Below, in pieces: positions 1 through 11,702 of a stretch of DNA of 64,000 nt. The notes beneath the pieces are model-generated. The model ran no database searches. It saw nothing but the letters and a program-made list of their open reading frames with translations, and was not told where the DNA came from. This DNA comes from Podospora anserina (taxonomy: Eukaryota): NCBI GenBank assembly GCA_017654855.1, contig CM030333.1, forward strand, positions 1,426,001-1,490,000, in the 5' to 3' direction. The translations under genes and the position numbers were made by a program. Each line of letters starts with the position of its first letter. Within the stretch, counting starts at the first letter, position 1.

Positions 1-391
1 AAAGAACGTGGGCAACTGGTGCCATGCCCCTACACTGGTGTCAATAACCTCAAGCCTTGGTTGCGCCGGCATCGGGCAGTCCGTGTTTTTGACGCCATCG
101 TCGCGGGGAGCTTACATTGGGGCACCGGGGTGACCGGAGTTGGCATGAGCGGTCGCATCGGCCTGGAGGAGAGAAAATGTGAGTGGCTGGCCATGATGAA
201 TGCGCTCTCAGCAGTGTTGCCGTCGCCGAATTGGACACATGGTGGAATGCGAACAAGATTGCGATGGCGGGGGCGGGGTTCCCTTTTTTTTTTCTGTTGA
301 GAGACTCTTTTCGGGATGGAGGGGTCCGTTCACTTACGGCCAGAACACGGATCGTGTTGATGGTCTTGGTGTCAACCTCGGTGAAGCCCAT
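1..391 (-). CDS. TKL1: Transketolase, 5' part (runs off the left edge of the window); exons ~338-391, 116-162, 1-29
   Basis: Spliced translation MGFTEVDTKTINTIRVLA|ADATAHANSGHPGAP|MGMAPVAHVL matches the transketolase N-terminal SGHPG motif; GTAAG donors and YAG acceptors flank each exon. Confidence 0.93.
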
Positions 392-770
392 CTTTGCGGT
401 TTGTCTGGATGAATCTGAAGACAATGACAAGATAGGAAGATGTTACGAGGAGAAAGGGGAGGAGGGGGGGAGTCACTGGATATATGAAGAGGGAAGTGGG
501 AAGAGAGCGAAAGGTTCCTGGTGGGGTGTTTTAACCCAAGGGCTCCAAGGGGCAAGGGGAGGGCGTTGGGGGTCGGGACGGTGGTGTGTGTCGACAGAGT
601 GGGGTTGTGCCTCTGGGGAGTTCCAGGTAGGAGAGCTTCCCCTGCCCGTGCCTTCTGGAGCTCTGGTTCGCCCGGATGAATGCCAGCTGTGGGACCTTTT
701 GGGGGAGGCCAGGGACCTCGAGGATCTAATCTCTCACCTCTCTCGTCTCTGCCAGCCAGTTTTTGTCTCT

Positions 771-882
771 CTTTTTATTTTTTTTATTTCTTTTTTCATT
801 TTTTTATCTATTTTTTTTCTTTTATTTTTTTTATTTTTTATTTATTTTTTTTCCTTTAAATTTTTTTTCTAATTTTTTTTTT
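771..882. repeat. T-rich low-complexity tract upstream of transketolase
   Basis: Near-continuous T runs interrupted by single A/C. Confidence 0.8.
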
Positions 883-2040
883 GGCCCCAGCCGCGTTGAT
901 CTTTTTTCCCAACTTTTTTCTGTAGTCGCCTAGCATCGGAGCTGGCGGAGCTTGGTGACGTCGAGAAGTCTTTGACGTTGCTGGCGTGCTTACCTTAGCT
1001 CCGGCTTGTTCTTAGCTTCCCCATCAAAAAGATACATATCCTCAATAACTTCATCATACTATATACCTTTTACCTAGCTGTACCTCAAGGGAAAAGAGGC
1101 TGTCTAAGGGAATGCTTAGGTGGGAGCGCAATGAAACAACACAGCGGCACATTGGCCATTGCTTGCCCCTCCAAAGCTGCCCCGCGTTTCTCCAGCTTGG
1201 GTGGCTCCAAGAAAGATGATCAATCACGACCAAGATATCACAAAGCCATGCTGCTCACTCAGCGAACCAGAATCTCCGCTCCGCGGTAATGTTATCTTTG
1301 CCTTGGATATTTGGAATTCCTGATTCTCCGGCCGAACAGCTGGCTTTCTATGAACGGCCCTATCTCCGTCAGAAGGAAAGACCCCTGAAGAACGAAATCG
1401 GAGGTTCGCCCGATCTGAATGTCAGTTCACTTCGAGGATGGAAAACAAATGCAGGCACCTCTTCGTGGGGACGGCGGGGTCATCTTTTGCTTGCTGTGCC
1501 CATGAGCTGGTGGAGGCGAGCGTTATTGGCCACAACTTTGCCTCTGGTTGGGCCATGATGAGACGACTTATTCATAGCACAAAGCACCAGACACATAGTG
1601 CTTGCCACGCCATCCTGCTGCTGCTACATGCCGAGAGTCTTTTGGCGTTACGTGATGCCCGGCAGAATACATCCGTTTGATGGGGGTGGACTTACTCAGG
1701 GTGTCAGGGTCTGGTGAGGTGTAAATCCCGATAAGGGTTAGGGTCCAAGCGTAGATAACTTGGAGCTAAAAACTTCAATGGTGGGGGGAGGGGTACGTTC
1801 TTACACGTTTCTGTCTGTCTGTCTCAACACCAAATCTCATCCCGCGAACCGTCCAATTCAGGCTAAAATCTGATAGAGGCATTAAACCCGCCTAGACCCT
1901 GCGTCCCCACACCCCAGCTACCACCGGGCTGAGTGTTAGAGCAAGGCTGAGAAAGTCTCTTACAACAACATCTCCCAAAATAGAAATTACACAACATTCA
2001 GCCTCTGCCTCACTCACTCACAACCTGAGCCCATCTCATT

Positions 2041-3180
2041 ATGGTCCAAGCAAAGCTGGATACCGCCCCTCAAAAGGCACGGTCAAAACAAACAGCGTCA
2101 AAACCAAAGCGAAGACGTCAAACCCCAGAGCAACACAAGCTTAAACCAAACCCCAACAATGAAAAGGTCATCATCTCACCTTCGGAGCTAACACACTACC
2201 AACTCATCCTCGATATCTTCACCCGAACCTTCAACGAAACTCTCACCGATGCCGACTTCAGCAAGAACCTGCAAACCCTCAAGCAATCCCTCTTTGACCG
2301 AGACTTCGCCACGGCCTTCACGAACACCCCCTCCAACCTCCCAATCTACTCAGCCCGCTGGTCACCCCCACGAGCTCTGGCCTACTCATCCATCTTCACC
2401 TCCTTATCCCGCTACCTCCCCAGACTCTACTCACCCACCAAGACCCTCCCCTGCCTCGCCATAGGAGGCTGCTCCGCCGAACTGGCCGCCTTTGCCTCAG
2501 CCCTCACCCTCCTTCCCGGTTCCCCCTCCGGCAGCCTCACCCTCTTGGACTCTGCCCCATGGAGTGAAGTTCTCACCAACTTATCAACCTCCCTCACGAG
2601 CCCCCCCCCAATATCAAAATACGCCTCCAAACTCACCGTCCAACAACCACCCTTTATCCCCGCCGAGAAGCTCACCTACACCTTCCTCCAACAAGACGCC
2701 CTCACCACCCCCTTCAACAAGCTTTTCTCCTCTGACACCTCCCAACTGGTAACCCTCTTCTTCACCCTCAACGAACTCTTCACCTCCTCCGGCATAGGAA
2801 AAACAACCTCTTTCCTCCTCAACCTCTCCTCCGCCATCCCGTTAGGTTCACTCCTCCTAGTGGTCGACAGTCCGGGGTCCTACTCCGAAACAACCGTGGG
2901 AACCTCTCACAAGAAATACCCCATGGCGTGGTTGCTCGACAAGATTCTCTCGTCAGTCTGTCCGGACGTCAAGCCTTCAGAAACGCCCGAGGGGAGGATA
3001 AAGTGGAAGAAGCTCGAGAGCCACGAGTCGATTTGGTTCAGGTTGCCAGAGGGGGAGCTGGACTACCCTATCGGGCTGGAGAATATGCGGTACCAGATGC
3101 ACCTGTACAAGGCTGTTGATCCCGCTGCTCCAGAAAAGGAGGAGAGTGGTGATGAGGAGGGTGATGATGATGAAGAGTGA
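2041..3180 (+). CDS. BMT6: Putative 25S rRNA uridine-N3 methyltransferase, Bmt6/DUF3115-like
   Basis: Intronless 379-aa ORF with YSARWSPPRALAY, FTLNELF, LLVVDSPGSYSE and LENMRYQ motifs recalled from the yeast YLR063W/Bmt6 family; acidic tail. Confidence 0.75.
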   Translation: MVQAKLDTAPQKARSKQTASKPKRRRQTPEQHKLKPNPNNEKVIISPSELTHYQLILDIFTRTFNETLTDADFSKNLQTLKQSLFDRDFATAFTNTPSNLPIYSARWSPPRALAYSSIFTSLSRYLPRLYSPTKTLPCLAIGGCSAELAAFASALTLLPGSPSGSLTLLDSAPWSEVLTNLSTSLTSPPPISKYASKLTVQQPPFIPAEKLTYTFLQQDALTTPFNKLFSSDTSQLVTLFFTLNELFTSSGIGKTTSFLLNLSSAIPLGSLLLVVDSPGSYSETTVGTSHKKYPMAWLLDKILSSVCPDVKPSETPEGRIKWKKLESHESIWFRLPEGELDYPIGLENMRYQMHLYKAVDPAAPEKEESGDEEGDDDEE

Positions 3181-3333
3181 AAAAGGAAAAAAAAAAGAGA
3201 ATATACTATTAATCACCCACTAATTGACTTCCCTGCCATTGTTGCTATGTTCGCCTGCTATCTATCTACTCTCATTACGGCTCATGTAACCCGCCCGCAC
3301 TGCTATGCTTGAAAAGACACAACTCTCTCCCTC

Positions 3334-3430
3334 AAAACAAACAAGACAAAAAAAGAAAAGAAAAAAAGAAAAAAAGAAAAAAAAAGAAGAAAAAAAAGAA
3401 GAAAAAAAAGAAAAAACAAAGAAAAAAAAT
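3334..3430. repeat. A-rich low-complexity tract between convergent genes
   Basis: Repeated A(5-9)G units immediately beyond the Sac-domain gene stop. Confidence 0.8.
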
Positions 3431-3431
3431 A

Positions 3432-6400
3432 TCAAGCCCAAACCAACTTCTTAACCCTGTGCCCCAAAGTCTCCAGCAACCCCGTGTTCTTCTTCGCCTC
3501 CGCCACACTGATAATATCCCCCTTCTCAATCAAATGTCCCTCCCCCTCCTCCTTCTCCCCCTTCACCTCCCTCGGCTGATTCAACAGCGCCAACCTCTCA
3601 ATCTCGGCCGCGATAACAACCACCTGCTGAGTCTCGGTAAGCCGCGCAATGTCCTCATCCTCCTCCTCCTCCCCCCCAATCTTCACCTTCCCAGCACCAC
3701 CCTCCCCACTCACAGCAGCAGACGTCTGGCTGTACAACGCCTTCAACGCAATCTTCCTCGTAGGCGTCGTCACCGCAGCAGCAGCAGCAGCAGCAACATT
3801 CTTTCCCGAAAAGAAGCCCGCCACCCCCGACAGCGCCGCGCTCGCAAAGTCGTCATTTGTCGGTTTCGGGTGATCACTCATGCTCGACAACGACCTCGTG
3901 TTGACACGCGTGACGTCCGTCAACCCAGGCTTGTACTCAATCACCAACCCCATGTTCCTCAGCTCGTCCACCTGCGCAGGCGAGATGGTGCTCGTGATAT
4001 AAGTCCCGAATCTAATCTTTGTCACATGCGCCAGGTCAACCCTCTCAAAGCTAGAGACCTTGTCGAGGTTCCAGTCAAACCGGCAGAGATAGAGGGCCGA
4101 GTCGGTAAGTAGCAAGACTGCCTCCTCAAAGGTGGCACTGCGGATGGTGTCCGGCGTGCTAGGCGTGAGGAAGGCCCAACCACCAATAAACTCCTCTGCT
4201 TCGTCTTCAATAACCCGTTTCTGGCAGAGCTCAATAGCCTGCTGGCGCATGTTTTGCATCGATACCGCCGGGTCCTTGGTCATCATGTTTGCTTCAAACT
4301 CTTCAAACACAAGGGAGGTGACGTTCCCCAACAAAAAATCGATGCTGGCTTGGAGAAAAAAGTCGTTAAACATCCTGCCACACTGTTAGCAACCCAGCAA
4401 CCCACAGTCGGGATCAATGCAGAAACATACCCATTAAACAACCTCGTCAAGCTCAACCCAGCATCCGTCAACGCCCCCCTATAATTCCTCTTCCTCGTCC
4501 TCGTATAATCCCCCTTCATCGCCCCGGTCCCCGCATACTGCTTCCCGATCGCATCCCCATTATCCGCCCACAACCCATTAAACCAGCTATTCTCCTGATC
4601 TTTTTGCTTTTCCATATCAATCCCCTCCTCCCTCAGCTGCAAATCCAGCATAAACTTCCCAAACGAGCTCTGACAAACATTCGTCCGATCCAAACAATCC
4701 ATACAATTCGTCCTCAACACCCCCTTTTGTCTTCGCTCCACAACCCCATCCACCACAACACTACTCCCCAGCTCCTCCAGCCTCCCGCCCAAAATCCCCA
4801 ACAACACGCTCACATTCTCAAACTTCATCCCCCTGCACACCGAGTGAAAATCAAACCACTCGAACCCAATCTTTTCCTTTCCCTCCTTCACCAACTCCTC
4901 GTTCAACCTCTCCACGCCCCGTTCGTAAACCTCCCCAATCGGTGCCTCGACCCCATGTTTCTCCACCAAATTCACCACCTCCAACCCCCCGTACCGCTCC
5001 CCCAACCGTCCGAAATGCTTCCTCAACGCCGCAAAGTTCGCCTCCTGACTATGCTGCAACACCGGCGTCGGCTTCAACGAATACGGACTCTGAGTAAAAA
5101 ACACCGGGAAACTCCCCCTGACTTGCGCAAAACTATACACCCTCCCCTTATCCCCCCCATCAGCCTCATACAAAATCTGCTCCGTCTCGACCCCATTCGC
5201 CACCCATCCCTGCTCGTCAATCCCCCGACGCAAATACCTCAACCCCGCCCGTTTTATACTCCTCCTGCTTATCACCGTGATAACAAACTTCCTCTCCGTA
5301 CCCCCCTTCTTCCCGCCCAATCCCCCCCCCTCCCCCTCCCGTTTCTCCTCCGAAGGCGACAGATCCCTCATCTCCACACTCTCCTCTCCCCCCTTTTCCC
5401 CCTCATCCTCCTGAGCCGGGCTCTCGTCCACCGTAAACTCCCTCTCCCCCACAAACCCCTGCATCAGCGGCAAAACCACCCCCTCCACCCCCGCCTCCCT
5501 GAACCGTCTCATGATGTGCCCATTCCAGAAATACTCCCCCTCCACCCCCTCCCCCAGCCCTCTCAACCCCCCATCCGCCAACCTCCTCGTAACATCAACA
5601 TCATACCCAAAGAAGAACGTCCTGCTACTCCCAAACAGTATCTGTGCCGTCCTCAGCAACTTGGGCAACAACTCAATCGCAGCCTCGCTCCCATCCGCCC
5701 CATCCGGGATCTGAAACCTCGTCGGCACGTTCTTATTGCTCGCCCTATTCTGCTGGGCAGGAGGAGTGCCAGAGTCGGGCGTAAGGCCCATCTGCCTTTT
5801 GTTCTCCGCCGCCCACCCGGAGCGGGAAAACCACCTCTGCGCAAAACGGCCATAACTCCCCCGTCTGCTAATCACATCCTTCGCAATACTACTGCTGCTC
5901 GTATTCTCAGGAGGAGTGATGGCGTCGTCCTCCGTTGCTGACTCGACCGCGTCGTCACGGGGCAGTTCATCAATCCCTAACCCCCCCGTTTCTTCGTCAC
6001 CGCTGGTAGACTGGCTTGTGCTCCCCTCCTTCTGCAGCCTGTTCTTCAACGCCAGCGCCGTCTTCCCAATCGAATCCGCCGCTTCCTGCCGGGAGGTGAG
6101 GGGTGTCAAAGCGACTTCGGTGACGACGTAGATGGGGTGGCGACCAAACAAATTAGCGACCTGCTGCCTTCGGGTGACGGTGATGAGGTAGGAGTAGTGA
6201 AACACTGTTATTATGCCTGTATGATCATCCCACCCACTGCGTCAACATCATGTACCGGAAAGATGGTGGGGCGGGAAAGAGACAAACCAACAACCCCATA
6301 AGCCTCAAAACTCTCGCTCGTCGCTGGCGGTGCGTGATCCCTCCCGACGGTCGAAACAGAAACATTACTCCCATACTTGATCTTCACCAGCGGCAACGGC

Positions 6401-6501
6401 GGGGGCCGACTCCCGTCTTTGGAGGGGACAGGGTTCAAAGGGTGAAGAAGCAGGCCGTCGACCGCCGCGGCGACGAGGACCTTGCGGGCTAGGCCGGGCA
6501 T
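3432..6501 (-). CDS. SacI-homology phosphoinositide phosphatase with C-terminal hSac2-like region; 3 exons
   Basis: ORFs 6211-6501, 4283-6205 and 3432-4373 join through GT..AG introns near 6215-6288 and 4376-4430. Carries SRRS.KRAGLRYLRRG, QVRGS.P and the catalytic RTNCMDCLDRTN (CX5RT) motif. Confidence 0.9.
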
Positions 6502-7340
6502 TTTTCGTTGTTTCTGTGTTCCCTGCTGTAAATGATCCGAGGTCGGTATGTCTTACATGTATAAAAAAAAAGTTTATGCAGAAGGGGTTCAGGCTAGAAA
6601 AAGGGGCAGGCAGCTTGGAATGCAGTGTAAGTGTAAGCTATGACGCAAAATGTTGCTGTTGGGTCCATGAGCTGATCGATGTAAGCTCTCATACCGTTGT
6701 CGTCGTTCCTAAAGGTTGAAAATGCTCGAACAAGTCACACGAATCAATAACTGGCTGGTCCCGTGATCACTTGAGACTTGAGCAAAAGAAGGCCAACAAC
6801 CTTGAGGGGCACGGGGGGAGGGTCTCGAACTTGGGCTGGCAGGTGTGAGAGTGATGATGTCTTTTAAATGGGCATGGTGGGGCCCCACGCCAGCGCCAGT
6901 TGCGCAGCCAAAGAGCGTCACTGTGCAGAAGCAGCCCCCCCCCCCACGTCAGACGACCCAATGAATAATGAATTACACACACTCCACACCCAACCCCAAC
7001 CCTAGCTGTATCTAAATCCAAAATCAAATACCAGCCACCCCAACTCAAACGTGAAACGGTAAAGACCGATAGATACACAACGCAAAAAGAAAAGGCCCTG
7101 ATGACGATGAAGTTTTGATTTTCTAGAAGGAAGGCTACTGCAGAAAACGTCTGCCAGTTGATGTAGCAACCCCAACGCTCACAAAAATGACGTTGGGGAT
7201 ATAGATAAAAGCAACATATCTCAGTTTGTTTTTCATCCATTTCTGTCCATCCATCCAATAGTATAAACCATCCTCGGATTTTCCCTTTTTTTTCTTCTTT
7301 TTTTCCTCTCTCGCTTTAGCCAACCGCAAAAATTGCTACT

Positions 7341-7782
7341 TTACATAGCAAGTCTCTCGACCTTGTCGCGGAGGGCGCGGATCTTGGAGTTGAGGTCGGA
7401 AGCCTCGTTGGAGGTGAGGGAGACGGCGATCACGGCGCGGGAGACACCGCAGGCACGACCCTGTAGGAGTCATTAGTTATACTGCGTCTTCAGAACTTGA
7501 CAGACAAAAACATACCAGAGCAATCTTGCTGGGCACGTAAACGTAGGGCACGTTCTTCTCCTCAGAGATCAAGGGAATGTGGAGGACAATGCTGAGGGGA
7601 GCAGTGTCGGCGGCAAGGATGACAAGCTCGCTGGTGCCGCGGTTGATGGACTTGGTGGCCTCGTTGGCGCCCTTCTTGAGCTGCCTGTAGTGGCTGGCCT
7701 GCTGGACGCAGTCGAGAAGCTCCTGGACGAGAGCAGGGTCCTCGGCCTTGGGCCAGGCGGCAGAGTCGTTTTGACCAGACAT
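7341..7782 (-). CDS. SNU13: Snu13/15.5K L7Ae-family RNA-binding protein; exons 7516-7782 and 7341-7460
   Basis: MSGQNDSAAWPKA...RQLKKGANEATK...LAADTAPL...NVPYVYVPSKIAL|GRACGVSR...KVERLAM*; one GTATG..CAG intron. Confidence 0.95.
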
Positions 7783-7946
7783 TGTCGGTGTGGAAATGGA
7801 TAGCGATAGTGTGTGCTTCTGTTTCCGATCGTCTCCAGGGTTCACTGCAGGTTTGCTCGCCCTGGGGGTGCTAGGGGATGTTGCTGGGGATTGCGACGTG
7901 AACGATGCAGAAGAAAGAGAAGATCTCAAAAATCAAAAATGCGCCT

Positions 7947-7959
7947 GCGAAAAAATTCA
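7947..7959. promoter_or_regulatory. RRPE-like element (GAAAAAATTCA) in the SNU13/VMA3 divergent promoter
   Basis: Resembles the ribosome-biogenesis RRPE motif, about 170 bp upstream of SNU13; resemblance only. Confidence 0.3.
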
Positions 7960-8342
7960 TCCATGTGTTTGCGCCTGCCCACCACCACCCAGCCGAGAGT
8001 TTGGGCGGTGTGGGGTTTCTGCCGGGCAGTTGTGGCACGGTGGCACGGCGACAGCGACACGGTGACAACGCTTACCTAAGGCAAAGCTCGCTGGGGCCTG
8101 CCGAAGCAAAGCTTTGCCCAGCCGATGCACAGCCAACCAACCTGCAACCTGGAAACACCTCGTCCAGCAAACACCAGCCAACAACTTGGAACCGTCATCC
8201 CCCCATCCACAGCAACTCGCCTTCAACCGCTGCCCGCCGACTTCAGTCAACAAACGCATCGCAACCACGCTTCCATCGCGTTCGAGCCTTTTATTTTCGA
8301 ATCTTCCCTCAGTCGATACAGCTTCGTGCTTAAACAACCACA

Positions 8343-9258
8343 ATGTCGGATCTCTGGTAAGCCGCTAGCCCGGGGGGTGTCCCCTCACACTTCCAACCAC
8401 CACAACCACAACACACATACGCGGAGGCTGGAGCTATCCGCTCGCTACTCGTCGACCACCACCACAAACACAACCCCCTCTTCAGCACCATGCATTGGCT
8501 TTGCGCATCTGCTGCGATGCCTTCTTCTTGAATGGCTTTGCTAACATGCTTTTTGTCTACAGCCCCGTCTACGCGGTTAGTACCCTCGCTCCACCCCGTT
8601 GAAACCAACATCAGCTCTGTGGCGTCGGCGAATACACCTCGCTTCGACTCCATACCGATATCAACATATACATACTAACATGCCGTAACAGCCCTTCTTC
8701 GGTGCCATGGGCTGCACTGCGGCCATTGTCTTCACCTGCCTGGGTGCCTCGTACGGTACCGCAAAGTCCGGTGTCGGTATCGCCGCCATGGGTGTTCTCC
8801 GTCCTGATCTCATCGTCAAGAGTATGTTGCACCCCTTCCCAAGTCAAGGGATGCTTGACTAAACCTTTCTCTAGACATTGTTCCCGTCATCATGGCTGGT
8901 ATCATTGGTATCTACGGTCTCGTCGTGTCTGTCTTGATTTCCGATGCTCTCACACAAGACTCCTACGCTCTCTACACCGGTTTCGTACAGCTCGGCGCTG
9001 GTCTCTCTGTCGGTCTCGCCGGCATGGCTGCTGGTTTCGCTATCGGTATCGTTGGTGACGCAGGTGTCCGCGGTACTGCTCAACAACCGAGACTGTTCGT
9101 CGGCATGATTCTCATTCTCATTTTCGCTGAAGTCTTGGGTAAGTTTGTGTCTGTCATGCATGCGCCGCAGCAAGCACTAACGACATGCAGGTCTGTACGG
9201 CTTGATTGTTGCTCTTCTCATGAACTCGAAGGCCACCATCAACACTGTCTGCGCCTGA
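8343..9258 (+). CDS. VMA3: V-ATPase 16-kDa proteolipid subunit c; 5 exons including a 14-nt first coding exon and a 13-nt microexon (8563-8575)
   Basis: Spliced [36 protein letters not shown]...|[16 protein letters not shown]...[31 protein letters not shown]; the conserved proton-binding Glu is in FAEVL. Confidence 0.95.
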
Positions 9259-10049
9259 GCGTCTCTTTTGGTTCTCGCCGCGGGCCGATGTGGACGGACA
9301 AGATGGTTTATTGCAGCAAATCCACATCTCAACGCGGACCACACATCCACACATCGCCTCGTCTCGTCCCTGTAACGGGCTCCGAGATGGGGGTACATCC
9401 GGGGTTGTCATGACATGGCGGAGATGATGATTGGTATACATTATTTGGGGGTTGAGCGAGCGGCGCATCTCGACGATTGGAACGGTTAATGGTTTGGTGG
9501 CAACTCGGAACGTACATGTACTATTGTCTCATTATGGTTGCTTTATCACACTCGCGGGGTCTGGTTTTCTTTTTCTCATCATAGACGGATGATGGGCAAA
9601 GACTGTAGTTTAGGTTGGAATGGTGTTCTTTGCTATCTGTGTGTTTCTCTTTGGTTTATGTGTGACGTTGCAAGGTGGCTGGCTGTGTGTGTGTTGTCAT
9701 GGTAAGTGTTTTTGAGAAGATTGTGTTGGGAGTTGTTTTCTGACCCTGGCACGGTGTTTCTGGACCGCGTTTGGTTCCGTTTAAATCATTGAGAGGTATC
9801 GCTACTCTGTCCTTGTCAACACTTGTTGCAACATCACTGTTCAGGTGCTTGATGGGAGGTTGGGTGGTCAACCAGGCTTTCCCCTTACTATCATGGGCTA
9901 TCTTGTCTGACTTGTTGGTGTTGTCCCCACAGACATGTGACAGCCAGCAAAAGGTTTTGTTCCGAGTCACTCCACCACCACCACCACCTCCTCCTCCTTC
10001 TCCACAAAAGCTGAATTTCTCTCACCACTACACAACCCAAAATAGCCTC

Positions 10050-10136
10050 GCCCGGCTAGCTCAATCGGTAGAGCGTGAGACTCTTAAGGAGTACTCCGAA
10101 ATCTCAAGGTTGTGGGTTCGACCCCCACGTCGGGCT
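10050..10136 (+). tRNA. tRNA-Lys(CTT) with ~14-nt intron (~10087-10100)
   Basis: Acceptor stem GCCCGGC/GTCGGGC, D-arm TAGCTCAATCGGTAGAGC, anticodon stem TGAGA/TCTCA around CT-CTT-A, T-loop GGTTCGACCC, downstream T-run terminator near 10158. Confidence 0.95.
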
Positions 10137-11529
10137 CAATTCCCGATCTACGATCACTTTTTTGATGTTTTGACTGTATGTCTGTACTGCAGACAGGATT
10201 GGGTGATGTAATGTAATGTAATGTAATGTGGAGGGAAGGTGTGTCAACTTCAGTTTACAGCAGACAGGATCGGGTGATGTGATGTGGGGAGGGAGGATGT
10301 GGCAACTTCTTTTTTGGTTGACTATGAATAACGTACGAGGAGACCTCTGCTCATGGTTTTCCCGCTTCAGTGTGTATATATATATGTGTAATGTAGGAGA
10401 CATTAAACCTCGAACTGGGCGGTATAAGTCTCTTGTACTCGTGCATTTTCACTCTCAGGGTTTTATAGGGACATGAGAAAGTTCCCTCGAGACAAGTGAT
10501 TCATAATGGGCCAACGAGGAACAAATACAGAAGAGGTGTGTTTGGTCATTGACGGACAGGGTGATCCTGGAGAGAATTGCTGGACGATGAGAAGATGGGC
10601 AAATAGACAGTCAATGCTTTGTCTTGGTAATTATATATCAGATCGGTTTTGAGCCATCTGAAGTTGTCGTGGCTAGGACCCTGCCGACGGGAACCCAAAC
10701 CTTCCCGTAGACTCCGGACGACTCCGAATACTAGTATTTCGGCAGTTGATGTCTTGTTTTGAGATGGATCGATCTTCAGCCCCAGGTGAAGGAAGGATCG
10801 CATTCGCAAAACGTTCCCATTGTGATGATGCGATGTTCGTTCAAGGTGCAGGTGGAGAATGTGACAACGCAAACGCTTAAGGGACCAACAAATGCGACGG
10901 TGGTATTAGGTAATACTAGTATTCCGCCGTGTTGGGTGCCGCACCAGCCACGAAGGAGGCTGGATGGCTGGAATACTGACAGATTGTGGCTCGGACAGTG
11001 TCATGCAAGGGGACGCGGGAACTGCCGAGTGGTCAATTGGGTTTGTTCAGCCGGGTTAGATTCCCCGCTATTTCTGCTGTGATCCTGCCAATTGTTTCGC
11101 GCAGATGGGAGCTCGCTGCTTTCTCGGCCGGCGGGTGAGAGAGCGAGAGAGAGAGAGAGACATGGGTCGGGAATGTCGTTGCAGTGTGCCAGCAAAGAGA
11201 CACAGCAGCAGTAGCGAGCAGCAGCGAGTCTTGGCCCTTGTCGGATGTCTTTTTGTACCTACCGTGTACAACGATTTTTGGGGGCTGTTTTTTTCTCTCG
11301 ATCCCGCTCCTTGTCGCGTTTCCCCTCCCCCTTTTCGACCTCAAGGCGCAGTGTTCTTTTTTTTCCCCTTCTTCTTCATACCTAGGTGTCCTAGTTTACC
11401 TCGCCTCTCTCTTGCGCCCGCCACCTACCATCATATCGAATCATATTCTTACGGTTACACTCCGCGCACCCTGTACGCGCTGCTGCTTGCTCCACACCTC
11501 GACTAGGGAATACTAGTATCCAGATCAAC

Positions 11530-11537
11530 CTAAACGA
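11530..11537. promoter_or_regulatory. Candidate sterol-response element CTAAACGA (TCGTTTAG)
   Basis: Matches the Upc2-type TCGTTYAG motif of yeast ergosterol promoters, about 170 bp upstream of the ERG4 ATG. Confidence 0.35.
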
Positions 11538-11702
11538 CAGGGGTGTTGTTGTGTGTGGTGGGTGTGAGCTTGTTGCTTTGCTTTCACACAATTTCCGATC
11601 TTTTTTCTTTTTGTTGCTGTTGTCGGTTTTGACCCCCAAGTACGATTACGCTTGAAAAGTATATAAGACTGCGCGCGCCTGCCCCGTCGCGTTGTGGTCA
11701 AG

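Noticed and set aside
1732-1744. Telomere-like TAAGGGTTAGGG
   Set aside because: Only about two imperfect units; too short to call an interstitial telomere.
4604-5941. Long plus-strand ORFs opposite real genes (also 3309-4112, 12089-13027, 15466-16569, 20923-22083)
   Set aside because: Shadow ORFs caused by biased codon usage on the true coding strand; no recognisable motifs.
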